From contig JAYZFQ010000109.1 of assembly GCA_036336695.1 (NCBI GenBank), positions 8,619-72,618 on the forward strand: a stretch of 64,000 bases of DNA, read 5' to 3'. Made by a program: the position numbers and the translations under genes. Source of the stretch: Myxococcota bacterium (GTDB lineage: Bacteria; Myxococcota_A; UBA9160; SMWR01). Below the pieces are notes generated by a model, which ran no database searches, was not told where the DNA came from, and saw nothing but the letters and a program-made list of their open reading frames with translations. Of this stretch, positions 47,127 to 57,900 are shown piece after piece (positions within the stretch are counted from its first letter, which is position 1; the number at the start of each line of letters is the position of its first letter).

Positions 47127-48658
47127 TGCGACTTTCCGCCCTCCTCGCCGCACTGCCCCCCGTGCCCGAACTCCGGTTGCCCGATACCGACCCTGTCATC
47201 CGAGGCGTCTGCTACGACTCCCGAGCCGTCGCCCCGGGAGACCTCTTCTTCGCCATCCGCGGCGAGTCCTCGGACGGCCACGACTACCTGGAACAGGCGG
47301 TGGAGCGCGGCGCCGCGGCACTCCTGGTCGAGGAGGCCTCCGAAACGCCGGACCTCCAGGGCCGCCCCGTCGTCGTCGTCCCGGATACACGCAGCGCCCT
47401 CGCCCCCGTCGCCTGTTGTTTCTATGGCGAGCCTGCGAACGAACTCACCCTCATCGGTATCACCGGGACCAACGGCAAGACGAGCGTCACCTACCTGGTG
47501 GAGTCGATCCTCACGCGTGCTGATCGCCGGGTCGGCCTCATCGGAACCGTAGAGATTCGCTTCCCGGGCGAACGTCAGCGCTCGCTCAACACGACTCCGG
47601 AAAGTCTCGACCTCCAGCGCGCGCTCCGCGCGATGCGAACCCAGGGCGTCGAAGCCGTCGCGATGGAGGTCTCCTCACACGGGATCCAGTTGGGTCGCAT
47701 CGCGGGGTGTCGCTTTGCCGTGGCTGCGGTGACGAACCTTTCCCAGGACCACCTCGATTTCCACACGACGATGGAGGCCTACCTCGCTGCGAAGACACAG
47801 CTGTTCCGCGCACACCTGGCACCGGGTGGCACGGCGGTAATCAACGTCGACGACGACGCGTCGGATGCCTTCCTGGACGCAGCGCGGGAAGCCGACGCGC
47901 GCATCATTCGCGTCTCACGCAACCCGGACACGGGGTCGGACGTCACGCTCCGTCGCGCCGACGTGCGCATGGACGGCAGCGAGGTCGCGCTCCAGCTGCC
48001 CGGGGGTCCGGTGGACGTCGCGCTCCCGCTCGTTGGCGACTTCAACATCGAGAACCTGCTCGTGGCTGCGGGTGTGGCCGTGGCGCTCGACGTTCCCCCC
48101 GCGGCGATCACCGGAGGAATCGCGGCCTGCCCCCAGGTCCCGGGCCGCGTCGAACGCATCGCGGGCACCGATCCGGACGCACCGACCGTGCTCGTCGACT
48201 ACGCCCACACACCGGATGCAATCGACAAGCTCTTGAGCACCCTGAAACCCCTGACACGCGGCCGACTGGTCAGCGTCTTCGGCTGCGGCGGAGACCGGGC
48301 CCGCGGCAAGCGACCGCTCATGGCGGCGGCCGCCGCGCGCTGGAGCGACCGGATCGTCGCCACCAGCGACAACCCGCGCACGGAGAAACCGGAGCGCATC
48401 CTCTCCGACGTCGAAGACGGCCTGCAGGACAGGAAGCGGGTAGCCCTCGACGAGCTCTATGCGACCGAAAACGCCTACGCCATTGCCGTCGATCGACGGG
48501 AAGCCATCCGCGCCGCAATCACTCAATACAATCGCGACGATACGGTGGTGATCGCCGGCAAGGGTCACGAGGACTACCAGATCATCGGTCGCGATCGGCT
48601 GCCCTTCAGCGATCCCGAGGAGGCACGCAAGGCCCTCCTGGCGAGGACCGACCGATGA
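47126..48658 (+). CDS. murE: UDP-MurNAc-tripeptide synthetase, meso-DAP type
   Basis: TGTNGKT, MEVSSH, DYAHTPD, DNPR, AGKGHE. Confidence 0.96.
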   Translation: MRLSALLAALPPVPELRLPDTDPVIRGVCYDSRAVAPGDLFFAIRGESSDGHDYLEQAVERGAAALLVEEASETPDLQGRPVVVVPDTRSALAPVACCFYGEPANELTLIGITGTNGKTSVTYLVESILTRADRRVGLIGTVEIRFPGERQRSLNTTPESLDLQRALRAMRTQGVEAVAMEVSSHGIQLGRIAGCRFAVAAVTNLSQDHLDFHTTMEAYLAAKTQLFRAHLAPGGTAVINVDDDASDAFLDAAREADARIIRVSRNPDTGSDVTLRRADVRMDGSEVALQLPGGPVDVALPLVGDFNIENLLVAAGVAVALDVPPAAITGGIAACPQVPGRVERIAGTDPDAPTVLVDYAHTPDAIDKLLSTLKPLTRGRLVSVFGCGGDRARGKRPLMAAAAARWSDRIVATSDNPRTEKPERILSDVEDGLQDRKRVALDELYATENAYAIAVDRREAIRAAITQYNRDDTVVIAGKGHEDYQIIGRDRLPFSDPEEARKALLARTDR

Positions 48659-50046
48659 GCGTGCCCTTCAGCGCGAAAGACGTGGCCGACTGGACTGGGG
48701 GAACCCTCCTCCAGGGGAGCGGCGACGTCCAACTCACCGGGGCCTCGATCGATAGTCGCGCCGTCGCGGCGGGAGACCTCTTCGTGGCGATCGTCGGCCC
48801 GAACCACGACGCCCACGCCTACCTCGCAACCGCAGCAGAATCCGGCGCGGCAGGGTTCCTGGTCGCCCGCGACCGGGAAATCCCGGCTGTCGACCTGCCC
48901 GTGGTCGCGGTAGACGACACCACTGCTGGCCTGGGCCGTCTTGCCGCGGAACATCGCGCGCACTTCGACGGACCGGTGGTCGGCATCACGGGAAGCAATG
49001 GAAAGACAACCGCCAAGGAAATGTGCGCCGCCATTCTCGAGACCGGCGCGCGCACCCTGCGCAATCGCGGCAACTTGAACAACCATTTCGGCCTGCCCCT
49101 GACACTGCTCGCTCGCGGGCCCGAGCATCGCCGCATCGTGGTCGAACTCGGCATGAACCACCGCGGTGAGATCGCAGAACTCGCCGCGATCGCCCGACCC
49201 CAGATCGGAGCCGTCACGAACGTCGGCACCGCCCACATCGAATACCTCGGCAGTCGCGAAGCCATCGCGAGCGAGAAAGGCGATCTCCTGGCGTCATTGC
49301 CGCACGATGGCGTTGCCGTCATCAACGCCGACGACCCCTTCGCCGACGCGTTGGCGCAGCGAACGGAGGCACGGATCGTGCGCTTCGGTCGCGGCGACAC
49401 CGCGGACGTCCGGCCCGCTGACGTGTGCCACGAGGAAGGAAGGTTCCGTTTCCGGCTGCAGACACCCGCTGGCGAGACTTCCCTGGAAGTGACCGGACTG
49501 GACGAAACGACGCTTGTCAACGCACTCTGTGCCGCCGCCGCGGCTTCGGCCGCCGGCGCGAGCCTCGACGAAATCGCCGCGGGCCTCGCCGCCTATCGAC
49601 CGGTGTCCGGCAGGCTCGAACGACGGAACCTCCCGGACCGTGTCGTCATCATCGACGATTCGTACAACGCGAACCCCCAGTCCATGGAAGTCGCCCTCGG
49701 TGTTCTCGCACGCTCGGGGAACGGGCGGCGCATCGCGGTGCTCGGCGACATGGGAGAACTCGGCGAAAGTGCGGAAAGCGCGCACCGCGACGCAGGGAGG
49801 CTGTCGGCGCAGCTCGGCATCGACTTCCTCGTTGCCGTCGGCAACCACGCCCACCTGGTCGCCGAGGGCGCTCGGCAAGCGGGGTTTTCCGCCGGGCAGA
49901 TCCATGAACTCCCGAACAGCCAGGCGGCGGGCCAGACGGTTCGCTCGCTACTGGAACCCGGCGCCTGGATCCTGGTCAAAGGTTCCCGCTCCATGCGTAT
50001 GGAGCGCGTGACTCGTTACCTCGAAGCGGAGGCCGAAGCCCGATGA
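48655..50046 (+). CDS. murF: UDP-MurNAc-pentapeptide synthetase
   Basis: TGSNGKTT, ELGMNH, DSYNANP, KGSR. Confidence 0.96.
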   Translation: MSVPFSAKDVADWTGGTLLQGSGDVQLTGASIDSRAVAAGDLFVAIVGPNHDAHAYLATAAESGAAGFLVARDREIPAVDLPVVAVDDTTAGLGRLAAEHRAHFDGPVVGITGSNGKTTAKEMCAAILETGARTLRNRGNLNNHFGLPLTLLARGPEHRRIVVELGMNHRGEIAELAAIARPQIGAVTNVGTAHIEYLGSREAIASEKGDLLASLPHDGVAVINADDPFADALAQRTEARIVRFGRGDTADVRPADVCHEEGRFRFRLQTPAGETSLEVTGLDETTLVNALCAAAAASAAGASLDEIAAGLAAYRPVSGRLERRNLPDRVVIIDDSYNANPQSMEVALGVLARSGNGRRIAVLGDMGELGESAESAHRDAGRLSAQLGIDFLVAVGNHAHLVAEGARQAGFSAGQIHELPNSQAAGQTVRSLLEPGAWILVKGSRSMRMERVTRYLEAEAEAR

Positions 50047-51116
50047 TCTACCACCTACTGTATCCGCTCGCTTCTGATGTCAGCGCCTTCAACGTCTTTC
50101 GGTACATCACGTTCCGCACCGGCGCCGCAACGCTGACGGCATTGTTCATTGCCTTCGCGTTCGGACCGGCGCTGATCCAGAAGCTCGCGAACCTGCGCGT
50201 CGGGCAACCGATCCGCGAGATCGGACCCGCCCACCAGGACAAGGCAGGCACCCCCACGATGGGTGGCATCCTGATCCTGCTCTCCCTGCTCGTATCGGTG
50301 CTGCTCTGGTCGAACCTCGACAACCGGTTCGTCTGGACAGTGGTCGGCGTCACCACCGGCTTCGGGCTCCTCGGTTTCATCGACGACTACCGAAAGGTCA
50401 CGGAAGGCCATTCCGGAGGCATCTCGGCGCGCATGAAGCTGGTCTGGCAAACCGCCCTCGGACTCGCGGTCGCCGTGGCGATCTACACGGACCCGGGATT
50501 CGATGCAGAACTCGCCGTTCCCTTCTTCAAGAACTTCACTCCGAACATCGGCTGGGTGTACGTCCCGGTGGCCACGTTCATCATCGTGGGGGCGAGCAAC
50601 GCGGTAAACCTCACGGACGGCCTCGACGGCCTCGCCATCGGTCCGGTGATGATCACGGCCGGCACCTTTCTCATTCTCTCCTACGCGGCGGGGCACGCAG
50701 GCATCGCGGACTACCTCGCCATCAAGTACGTCCCCGACGCTGGCGGCCTCGCCATCTTCTGCGGGGCGCTGATCGGCGGCGGCCTCGGGTTCTTGTGGTT
50801 CAACGCCTCGCCGGCCCAGCTCTTCATGGGCGACGTGGGATCTCTCGCCCTCGGCGGAGCGCTCGGAACCATTGCGGTCCTGATCCGGCAGGAGATCCTC
50901 CTCGCGGTCGTCGGCGGAATCTTCGTGATCGAAACGCTGTCCGTGGCGATCCAGGTGGCGGTGTTCCGAACCACGGGACGGCGGGTGTTCCTCATGGCAC
51001 CGATCCATCACCACTTCGAAAAACTCGGCTGGCCCGAGCAGAAGATCGTGGTCCGCTTCTGGATCATCTCCGCGATCCTCGGCCTCGTCGCCCTGTCATC
51101 GCTGAAGCTGCGCTGA
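50043..51116 (+). CDS. mraY: Phospho-MurNAc-pentapeptide transferase
   Basis: TPTMGG, DDY, NLTDGLDGL, FMGDVG, APIHHHFE. Confidence 0.97.
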   Translation: MIYHLLYPLASDVSAFNVFRYITFRTGAATLTALFIAFAFGPALIQKLANLRVGQPIREIGPAHQDKAGTPTMGGILILLSLLVSVLLWSNLDNRFVWTVVGVTTGFGLLGFIDDYRKVTEGHSGGISARMKLVWQTALGLAVAVAIYTDPGFDAELAVPFFKNFTPNIGWVYVPVATFIIVGASNAVNLTDGLDGLAIGPVMITAGTFLILSYAAGHAGIADYLAIKYVPDAGGLAIFCGALIGGGLGFLWFNASPAQLFMGDVGSLALGGALGTIAVLIRQEILLAVVGGIFVIETLSVAIQVAVFRTTGRRVFLMAPIHHHFEKLGWPEQKIVVRFWIISAILGLVALSSLKLR

Positions 51117-52432
51117 TGCTCGAACTCGCGGACAAACGGGTACTGGTGCTGGGGCTCGGAATTTCCGGGCAGAGCGCCGCCCGCTTCTGCGCCGATCGGG
51201 GGGCACGCGTCGTCGCCGCCGACGAGCGCATCCCCGACAGCACTCCCCCGGTTCCGGGCGTGGAGTTCATCGTGGGGCAGCCCTTCCCGGATCCCGCAGC
51301 CTTCGATCTCGTCGTGCCGAGCCCGGGCGTTCCCCCCGCCGCCTACCGGGCCCGTTCACGGCGCGTCTGGGGGGATGTAGAACTCGCGTGGCGCGCCTTC
51401 CCCGTGCCGGTCGTCGCAGTGACGGGGACGAACGGCAAGAGCACGGTCACGCGGATGCTCGAGGCGGCGCTCTTCGCGTCCGGCTTCCGGGTACGCGCCG
51501 CTGGAAACGTCGGAGAACCCGTCCTCGACCTGGTCGGCGCTGCACTGGACGTCGCCGTGCTCGAGGTGTCTTCCTTCCAACTCGAAACCACCGAAGATTT
51601 CCGGCCGGCGGTCGCCGTCGTCCTGAACGTCACCCCCGATCACCTGGACCGCCACGGAACCTTCGAGTCCTACACCGAAGCCAAGGCCCGGATTTTCGCG
51701 AACCAGCAACCCGAGGATACGGCAGTCCTCAACGCCGACGATCCCGCGGCCCGCCGGTTCGCGGAACGCACACGCGGTCGCGTCCTGCTTTTCTCGGCGA
51801 CGGGACCCGTCGCCGAGGGCGCTTGGCTCGACGAAGGCGTCGCGGTCCTCGAGGTCGGGGGTGAGACGCGCCGCATTCCCCTGGCCACTTCCCTCCCGGG
51901 CCGGCACAACCGGGAAAATGCGTTGGCTGCGCTGGTCGCCGCCCACGCCGCCGGCGCCGATCCGGAGCGGGCCGCCGAGGGAATTGCCGCGTTCTCGGGC
52001 CTGCCCCACCGCATGGAAGCCGTGGCGACGATCGGCGGCGTCTCGTACGTGAACGACTCGAAGGCGACCAACCCCAGCGCAGCGGCGCGGGCGCTCGGGG
52101 CGACCGGTGCACCCATCATCTGGATCGCCGGCGGACGCAGCAAGGACCTCGACTTCACCGCGCTGGCCGGCGTCGCGCGACAGAAGGTACGCGCCGCCGT
52201 GTTGATCGGCGAAGCGGCGAGCGAGATCGAAGCGGCACTCGATGCATCGGTCGACGTCCAACACGCGCGCACCCTCCAGGACGCGGTCGGTCGGGCTGCC
52301 GGGCTCTCCCAGCCGGGGGACGTCGTACTCCTGGCACCGGCCTGCGCCAGTCAGGACCAGTTTCGCGATTTCGAAGAACGCGGCGAATGCTTTCGGGCCT
52401 CCGTCCGCGCCCTGGGAGAAACGCGACCGTGA
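51116..52432 (+). CDS. murD: UDP-MurNAc-L-Ala:D-Glu ligase
   Basis: TGTNGKST, EVSSFQL, DHLDRH, NDSKATN, PACAS. Confidence 0.96.
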   Translation: MLELADKRVLVLGLGISGQSAARFCADRGARVVAADERIPDSTPPVPGVEFIVGQPFPDPAAFDLVVPSPGVPPAAYRARSRRVWGDVELAWRAFPVPVVAVTGTNGKSTVTRMLEAALFASGFRVRAAGNVGEPVLDLVGAALDVAVLEVSSFQLETTEDFRPAVAVVLNVTPDHLDRHGTFESYTEAKARIFANQQPEDTAVLNADDPAARRFAERTRGRVLLFSATGPVAEGAWLDEGVAVLEVGGETRRIPLATSLPGRHNRENALAALVAAHAAGADPERAAEGIAAFSGLPHRMEAVATIGGVSYVNDSKATNPSAAARALGATGAPIIWIAGGRSKDLDFTALAGVARQKVRAAVLIGEAASEIEAALDASVDVQHARTLQDAVGRAAGLSQPGDVVLLAPACASQDQFRDFEERGECFRASVRALGETRP

Positions 52433-53607
52433 CACGGGCCAAGCGCGAACGCGCAACGCTGCTCGAAGGCGGCGTCTTTTCGGCAGCCGCCCTGCTTGCC
52501 GGGTTTGGCGTCGTGATGGTCTACAGCACGACGGCGCCGCTGGCGATGGGGAGCCCCATCCCCCCGCACTTCATCCGGCACGTCGTCGCCCTGGTTGGGG
52601 GGATCGCCCTCGTTGCAATCGGCCTGCACCTCCCGCTGAGTTTCTGGCGCCGGATCGCGCGGCCGCTGTGGGGTGTCGGCGTCGTACTCCTCGGAGCAAC
52701 CCTCGTATTCGGGATCGAAGCCAATGGCGCCCGCCGCTGGCTGCCGCTGCCCATCATCCCGGCCAGTCTCCAGGCCGCCGAAATCGCCCGCTTCGCGACA
52801 GTGCTCGCCGTCGCGGCGCTGCTGGCCCGCGCGCAACCCGACGACGGCCGCGCGCTGCTCCGCGCGATGCTCCTGGCGGCGATTCCCGCCGGGCTGCTCG
52901 TGCTCCAGCCGGATTTCGGAAGCGCGGCGCTCCTGATACTACTCGTCGGGCTGCTGCTGTTCGCCGCGGGACTGCCCCTGGGACGCCTGCTGGGTCTCGG
53001 TGCTTGCGGCGCCCTGTTCATCGCGGCGTACAGCACGGCGCGCCCGTACGCGATGGCGCGCTGGAAGGGATTCCTGGCTCCCTGGCAGAACGCACAGTCC
53101 GAGGGCTTCCAACTCGTTCAGTCCTTCGTCGCTTTCGGCCGGGGCGGAACGCTGGGCGTCGGACTCGGTGACGGCCGACAGAAACTCTCGTACCTGCCCG
53201 AGGCCCATACCGACTTCATTCTTTCCGTCGTTGCCGAGGAACTCGGGCTCCTCGGTGTGCTCGTCGTCCTCGGCGCCTTTGCCGCGCTGGCCATGGCCGG
53301 CATGCGCGTGGCCCGCCGTGCCGAAGATCCTTTCGCGCAGCTCCTCGCCTTCGGGATGACCGCATTCCTCGTGGTTCCCGCAGCGGTCAACGCAGGCGTG
53401 GTGATGGGCCTGCTTCCGACCACGGGGTTCAGCTTGCCCTTCGTCTCTTTCGGGTCGAACTCCCTCGCCGTCTGCGCCCTGGCCCTCGGCGTCCTGCTGC
53501 GCGTGGCCCGTCACCCCGACGAAGCCGCGAGTCCGGGCGGGGCAAACCGGAACACGCATCGAAACACGGCGCGCAAATCGGCGCAGCGGAGGACCGCGCG
53601 GCCATGA
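52429..53607 (+). CDS. ftsW: SEDS peptidoglycan polymerase
   Basis: NGARRW, QPDFG, YLPEAHTDF, LPFVSFG. Confidence 0.94.
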   Translation: MTRAKRERATLLEGGVFSAAALLAGFGVVMVYSTTAPLAMGSPIPPHFIRHVVALVGGIALVAIGLHLPLSFWRRIARPLWGVGVVLLGATLVFGIEANGARRWLPLPIIPASLQAAEIARFATVLAVAALLARAQPDDGRALLRAMLLAAIPAGLLVLQPDFGSAALLILLVGLLLFAAGLPLGRLLGLGACGALFIAAYSTARPYAMARWKGFLAPWQNAQSEGFQLVQSFVAFGRGGTLGVGLGDGRQKLSYLPEAHTDFILSVVAEELGLLGVLVVLGAFAALAMAGMRVARRAEDPFAQLLAFGMTAFLVVPAAVNAGVVMGLLPTTGFSLPFVSFGSNSLAVCALALGVLLRVARHPDEAASPGGANRNTHRNTARKSAQRRTARP

Positions 53608-54683
53608 ACTGGGTCGTCGCCGGCGGCGGAACCGGGGGCCACGTCACTCCGGCCCTCGCACTTGCGGAACGGATCCGCGAGCGGGGCGATGACGTACTGG
53701 TCATGGGCGGCCGCCTGGGGCTGGAGTCCCGGCTCGTGCCGGAAGCCGGCTTCGAACTCGTTGCGCTCCCGGCCCGGCAGCTCATGGGAAGGGGACTCGG
53801 CGCTCGCATCGCGGCCCTCCCGGTACTGCTCGGGGCCTGTGCGGCGGCCTGGCGTTTTATGGGAAGGCGGCGCACCCACCGGGTCATCTCGGTCGGCGGC
53901 TACGCATCGGTCCCGGCAGTCGCCGCGGCCGCCCTCCGGCGCGTTCCCATCGCGCTCGTGGAACCCAACGCCGTGCCTGGCCGGGCGAACCGGGCGGCCG
54001 CGCGTTTCGCCCGCCAGATCTTCACCGGCTTCGACGAAGCCGCTGCCGCCCTGTCCCCGCGCGCCGTGACCACAGGGATCCCGCTGCGACGTTCCCTGGT
54101 CGAGACCTTCCGCGGCGGCGGCCCTCGCCGAACTCCCGCGCCGCCGTTCCACCTGCTCGTGTTCGGCGGCAGCCAGGGCGCACGTCAACTCAACGAGGCC
54201 CTGATCGCCATCGCTCCGCGTCTCGACCCCGGCAAGGTCGAGGTCTTCCACCAGAGCGGCGCGGCGGACCGGGAGCGCGTCGCCGCTGCCTACGCCGCCC
54301 GCGGCATTCGCGCGGAGGTCGTCGCGTTCGAACCCGACATGCCCGGCCGCTACCGCTGGGCGGACCTGGCCCTGTGCCGCTCGGGCGCACTCACCGTCGC
54401 CGAACTCACCTTGGCCGGGCTGGCTTCGCTGCTCGTTCCCTACCCCCACGCCGCCGACGACCACCAGCGCGCCAATGCCCGGGCGCTCTCCCAGGCCGGC
54501 GCCGCCCAACTGCTCGACGCGCGCCCGCTGGAACCCGACGCGCTCTGCGCAGCGCTGGACACCCTGCTCGCCTCCCCGCAGCAGATCACCGACATGGGCT
54601 TGCGCGCCGCCGCACTCGCCCAGCCCGATGCGGCAGAGCGCATCGTGCAGGCGTGCGCCGCACTCGGGGAGTCCGGGACATGA
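53604..54683 (+). CDS. murG: Lipid II GlcNAc transferase
   Basis: GGGTGGH, GGY, GGSQGA, HQRANA. Confidence 0.96.
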   Translation: MNWVVAGGGTGGHVTPALALAERIRERGDDVLVMGGRLGLESRLVPEAGFELVALPARQLMGRGLGARIAALPVLLGACAAAWRFMGRRRTHRVISVGGYASVPAVAAAALRRVPIALVEPNAVPGRANRAAARFARQIFTGFDEAAAALSPRAVTTGIPLRRSLVETFRGGGPRRTPAPPFHLLVFGGSQGARQLNEALIAIAPRLDPGKVEVFHQSGAADRERVAAAYAARGIRAEVVAFEPDMPGRYRWADLALCRSGALTVAELTLAGLASLLVPYPHAADDHQRANARALSQAGAAQLLDARPLEPDALCAALDTLLASPQQITDMGLRAAALAQPDAAERIVQACAALGESGT

Positions 54684-56065
54684 AGCGCAGGATCCAGCAC
54701 GTGCATTTCGTCGGCGTCGGGGGCATCGGCATGTGCGGCCTCGCCGAGTTGCTCCACAACCAGGGCTACCGGATCACGGGTTCCGACCTCCGGGAGGGCG
54801 CCACCCTGGCCCGGCTGCGCAGCCTCGGCATCCCGGTCACGGTCGGCCACGACGCCGCGCACGTCGGGGACGTGGATGTCGTCGTCTTCTCCTCTGCCGT
54901 CGGCCCGTCGAACCCGGAACTCCTGGAGGCCGAGCGCCGCAAGGTCCCCGTGATTCCCCGGGCCGAAATGCTCGCGGAGGTCATGCGCCTCAAGGAAGGC
55001 ATCGCCATCGCGGGAAGCCACGGCAAAACCACCACGACCTCGCTCGTGGCCCACGTGCTGGCCGCGGCCGGACTCGACCCGACTGCGGTGATCGGCGGAC
55101 GCGTCCTGGCTCCCGACGCATCGCCCTCCACCACGCGGCTAGGCCAGGGCGACATCCTCGTGGCCGAGGCGGATGAAAGCGACGGGTCGTTCCTGCGCCT
55201 CACCCCTGCGATCGCAGTGATCACGAACATCGACCCCGAACACCTCGACCACTACGGGACCTACGCAGCCCTGGAAGACGCGTTCGTCTCGTTCGCAAAC
55301 CACGTGCCGTTCTGGGGTCTCAGCGTCCTCTGCCTCGACCATCCCGGCGTCCAGTCGATCCTGCCGCGGATGACGCGCAGAACCACGACCTTCGGCTTCG
55401 GCTCCCAGGCCGACCTGGTGGCATCCGCGGTGACACCAGCGGGCGACGGGATGCGCTTCGAGGTACGGCGCCGGGGCGAACTCCAGGGCGAAGCGCGCAT
55501 CCGGCTGCCCGGACGCCACAACGTGCAGAACGCCCTGGCCACCCTGGCGGTGGCCCTCGAACTCGATGTGGGATTCGCCGAAGCCGCCGAGGCGCTCGAG
55601 AGCTTCCTCGGCATCGAGCGGCGCTTCGAACGCAAGGGCGAGGCCGGCGGCGTGGCGCTCGTCGACGACTACGGCCACCACCCGGCCGAGATCCGGGCAA
55701 CCCTCGCCTCGGCGCGCGAGACCCATACCGGGCGCATCGTGGTGGCCTTTCAACCGCACCGTTACACCCGGACACGGGACCTCTGGGACGATTTCACGGC
55801 AGCGTTCAACCACGCCGACGTCCTGCTGGTCACGCCGATCTACGCGGCCAACGAGGCGGCCATCCCCGGGATCGAGTCGGCGCCCCTCGTGGAAGCCATC
55901 CGCGCCCACGGACACCGGGATGCCCACTTCGTCTCCGAACTCGACGCCCTGCCCGCCGAGATCGCGGCCATCGCGCGGCCGGGAGACCTCGTCCTCACGC
56001 TCGGCGCCGGAAACATTTCGACACTGGGCGCGCCGATCCTCGCCGCCCTCGAGAACGCCTCGTGA
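54680..56065 (+). CDS. murC: UDP-MurNAc:L-Ala ligase
   Basis: [28 protein letters not shown]. Confidence 0.96.
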   Translation: MKRRIQHVHFVGVGGIGMCGLAELLHNQGYRITGSDLREGATLARLRSLGIPVTVGHDAAHVGDVDVVVFSSAVGPSNPELLEAERRKVPVIPRAEMLAEVMRLKEGIAIAGSHGKTTTTSLVAHVLAAAGLDPTAVIGGRVLAPDASPSTTRLGQGDILVAEADESDGSFLRLTPAIAVITNIDPEHLDHYGTYAALEDAFVSFANHVPFWGLSVLCLDHPGVQSILPRMTRRTTTFGFGSQADLVASAVTPAGDGMRFEVRRRGELQGEARIRLPGRHNVQNALATLAVALELDVGFAEAAEALESFLGIERRFERKGEAGGVALVDDYGHHPAEIRATLASARETHTGRIVVAFQPHRYTRTRDLWDDFTAAFNHADVLLVTPIYAANEAAIPGIESAPLVEAIRAHGHRDAHFVSELDALPAEIAAIARPGDLVLTLGAGNISTLGAPILAALENAS

Positions 56066-56979
56066 CCGCCCCGGCTGCGCGACACGCGCTTGCGGACGCA
56101 CTCGGCGATGCCGTCGCGTTCGACGTGCCCCTCGCCCGCTACACGAGTCTGCGCGTCGGCGGACCCGCGGACGCCGTGGCCACCCCGACCGACCGGCGTG
56201 GGCTGGCACGGGTTCTGTCGATCTGCCGTGCCCACGGTGTGCCCCACCGGGTGCTCGGGGCGGGCTTCAACACGGTGGTGCGTGACGGAGGGCTCGCAGG
56301 GGTCGTCATTCGCCTCGCAAAATTCCGCCGCCTCGAAGCGCGGCCGGACCGCGGCATGCGGGCCGACGCCGGCGTCTCCCACAGCCAGGTCACGCGTTTC
56401 TGCGTTCGTCGCGGACTGGCGGGACTCGAGTTCGCTGCGGGAATCCCCGGCACCGTGGGCGGCTGGCTCGCCATGAACGCGGGCATCCCCGGTCGCGAGA
56501 TGGAAGCCTGCGTCCGTGAAATCGAGGTCCTGAGTCCAACGGGGCGCCACACCCGGCACGTCGCCCGGGAGCGACTCCACTTCGTCTACCGCGCGCTGCG
56601 CGGCCTCGCGCCGGGCTCGCTCATTCTCTCGGTCCTCTTCACCGTCGCGATCTCCACACCGGGCGAGGTGAAGGCCGAGGTCGATCGCCTGCTGGCGCGG
56701 CGGGCGCAAACCCAGCCCCTCGACATCCCCTCCTGCGGTTCGGTCTTCAAGAACCCTCCCGGGGACCGCGCCGGTCGCCTGATCGAAAGCGCCGGCCTCA
56801 AAGGCCACCGGATCGGGGGAGCGGAGGTCTCGACCGTCCACGCCAATTTCATCGCCAACCAGGGCGGCGCCAGCGCCGACGACGTGCTGGCGCTCATCGA
56901 ACACGTCCGTCGCGAGGTGCTGTCCCGCCACGGCGTCCAACTCGAGCGGGAAGTCCACGTGATCGGGAGACAACCATGA
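56062..56979 (+). CDS. murB: UDP-N-acetylenolpyruvoylglucosamine reductase
   Basis: [23 protein letters not shown]. Confidence 0.95.
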   Translation: MTAPAARHALADALGDAVAFDVPLARYTSLRVGGPADAVATPTDRRGLARVLSICRAHGVPHRVLGAGFNTVVRDGGLAGVVIRLAKFRRLEARPDRGMRADAGVSHSQVTRFCVRRGLAGLEFAAGIPGTVGGWLAMNAGIPGREMEACVREIEVLSPTGRHTRHVARERLHFVYRALRGLAPGSLILSVLFTVAISTPGEVKAEVDRLLARRAQTQPLDIPSCGSVFKNPPGDRAGRLIESAGLKGHRIGGAEVSTVHANFIANQGGASADDVLALIEHVRREVLSRHGVQLEREVHVIGRQP

Positions 56980-57872
56980 AACGCACGCACCGCGACGCAC
57001 TCACCCGCGCCGAGCGAAGCGCTCTCGCCCGGCGCCGCCGGGCCCTCGCCCACCTCGAACGCGTCCAGCAATCCGGCGGGCCGCGACGCCTCCTGGGCCG
57101 CGCCATCACCTGGCCGGCGGTCTTCGTCCTCGCGATGGCCCTGGGCGCACTCCTCGGCACTTCGGGGTTCGCGCCGGGTCCCCTCGAAACCCTGGCCGTC
57201 CGCGGGACCCGTGTCCTGACTCCCGAGGACGTGGCAGCCGCCACCGGCATGGCCCGGGGGACTGCGCTGGACGATCTGGACCCGGCCGAGTTGGCCGAGA
57301 CCCTCACGAGCCACGCCTGGATCGCCGAAGCACGCGCGGTTCCGCTTCCGGGCGGCCAACTCGTCTTGCGGGTGGTCGAGCACGAGGCCGTAGCGATCCT
57401 CGCGGGGCCGGAACCCTGGGCCGTGGACGCGGCCGGCGTGCCCTTTGCCCCGGCACCTCCCGGACCGCGCGCGGACCTGCCGCAGCTCGTGCCGGACCAG
57501 CGACCGCCGAACGGCGAGGCGGCGCCCGAACTGGCCCGCGCCGTGGCCCTCGCCCGGGCGCTCGCGGCTCGCGGACTGCCGGCGCCGGTCGAAATCGCCA
57601 TTGCCGCGCCGGAAGACCCCGAGGGTTTCCGGCTGCAACTCGCAGACCTCGCGCCCCAGGTGATCCTGGGCCACGAGGACCTGGATGCACGCCTCGACGC
57701 GCTCGCAGAGCTCCTGGACGCCGAACTGCCGGCCGTGTCCGGGGCTTCGCGCGTCGATCTTCGTTTCGAGGGCCAGGCGGTCCTCGACGGCTCGCCGTCT
57801 CCTGACGGAGCGGCACAAGCGGCGGCGACGCGTGGAGACGCGGCGCCGTCCAACTCGCGGCCAACCGGTTGA
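56976..57872 (+). CDS. ftsQ: Cell division protein FtsQ/DivIB
   Basis: TM, POTRA-like segment, VDLRF; position before ftsA. Confidence 0.8.
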   Translation: MKRTHRDALTRAERSALARRRRALAHLERVQQSGGPRRLLGRAITWPAVFVLAMALGALLGTSGFAPGPLETLAVRGTRVLTPEDVAAATGMARGTALDDLDPAELAETLTSHAWIAEARAVPLPGGQLVLRVVEHEAVAILAGPEPWAVDAAGVPFAPAPPGPRADLPQLVPDQRPPNGEAAPELARAVALARALAARGLPAPVEIAIAAPEDPEGFRLQLADLAPQVILGHEDLDARLDALAELLDAELPAVSGASRVDLRFEGQAVLDGSPSPDGAAQAAATRGDAAPSNSRPTG

Positions 57873-57900
57873 TCCGGAGCCGCCAAAGGGGGGTAGGAAC

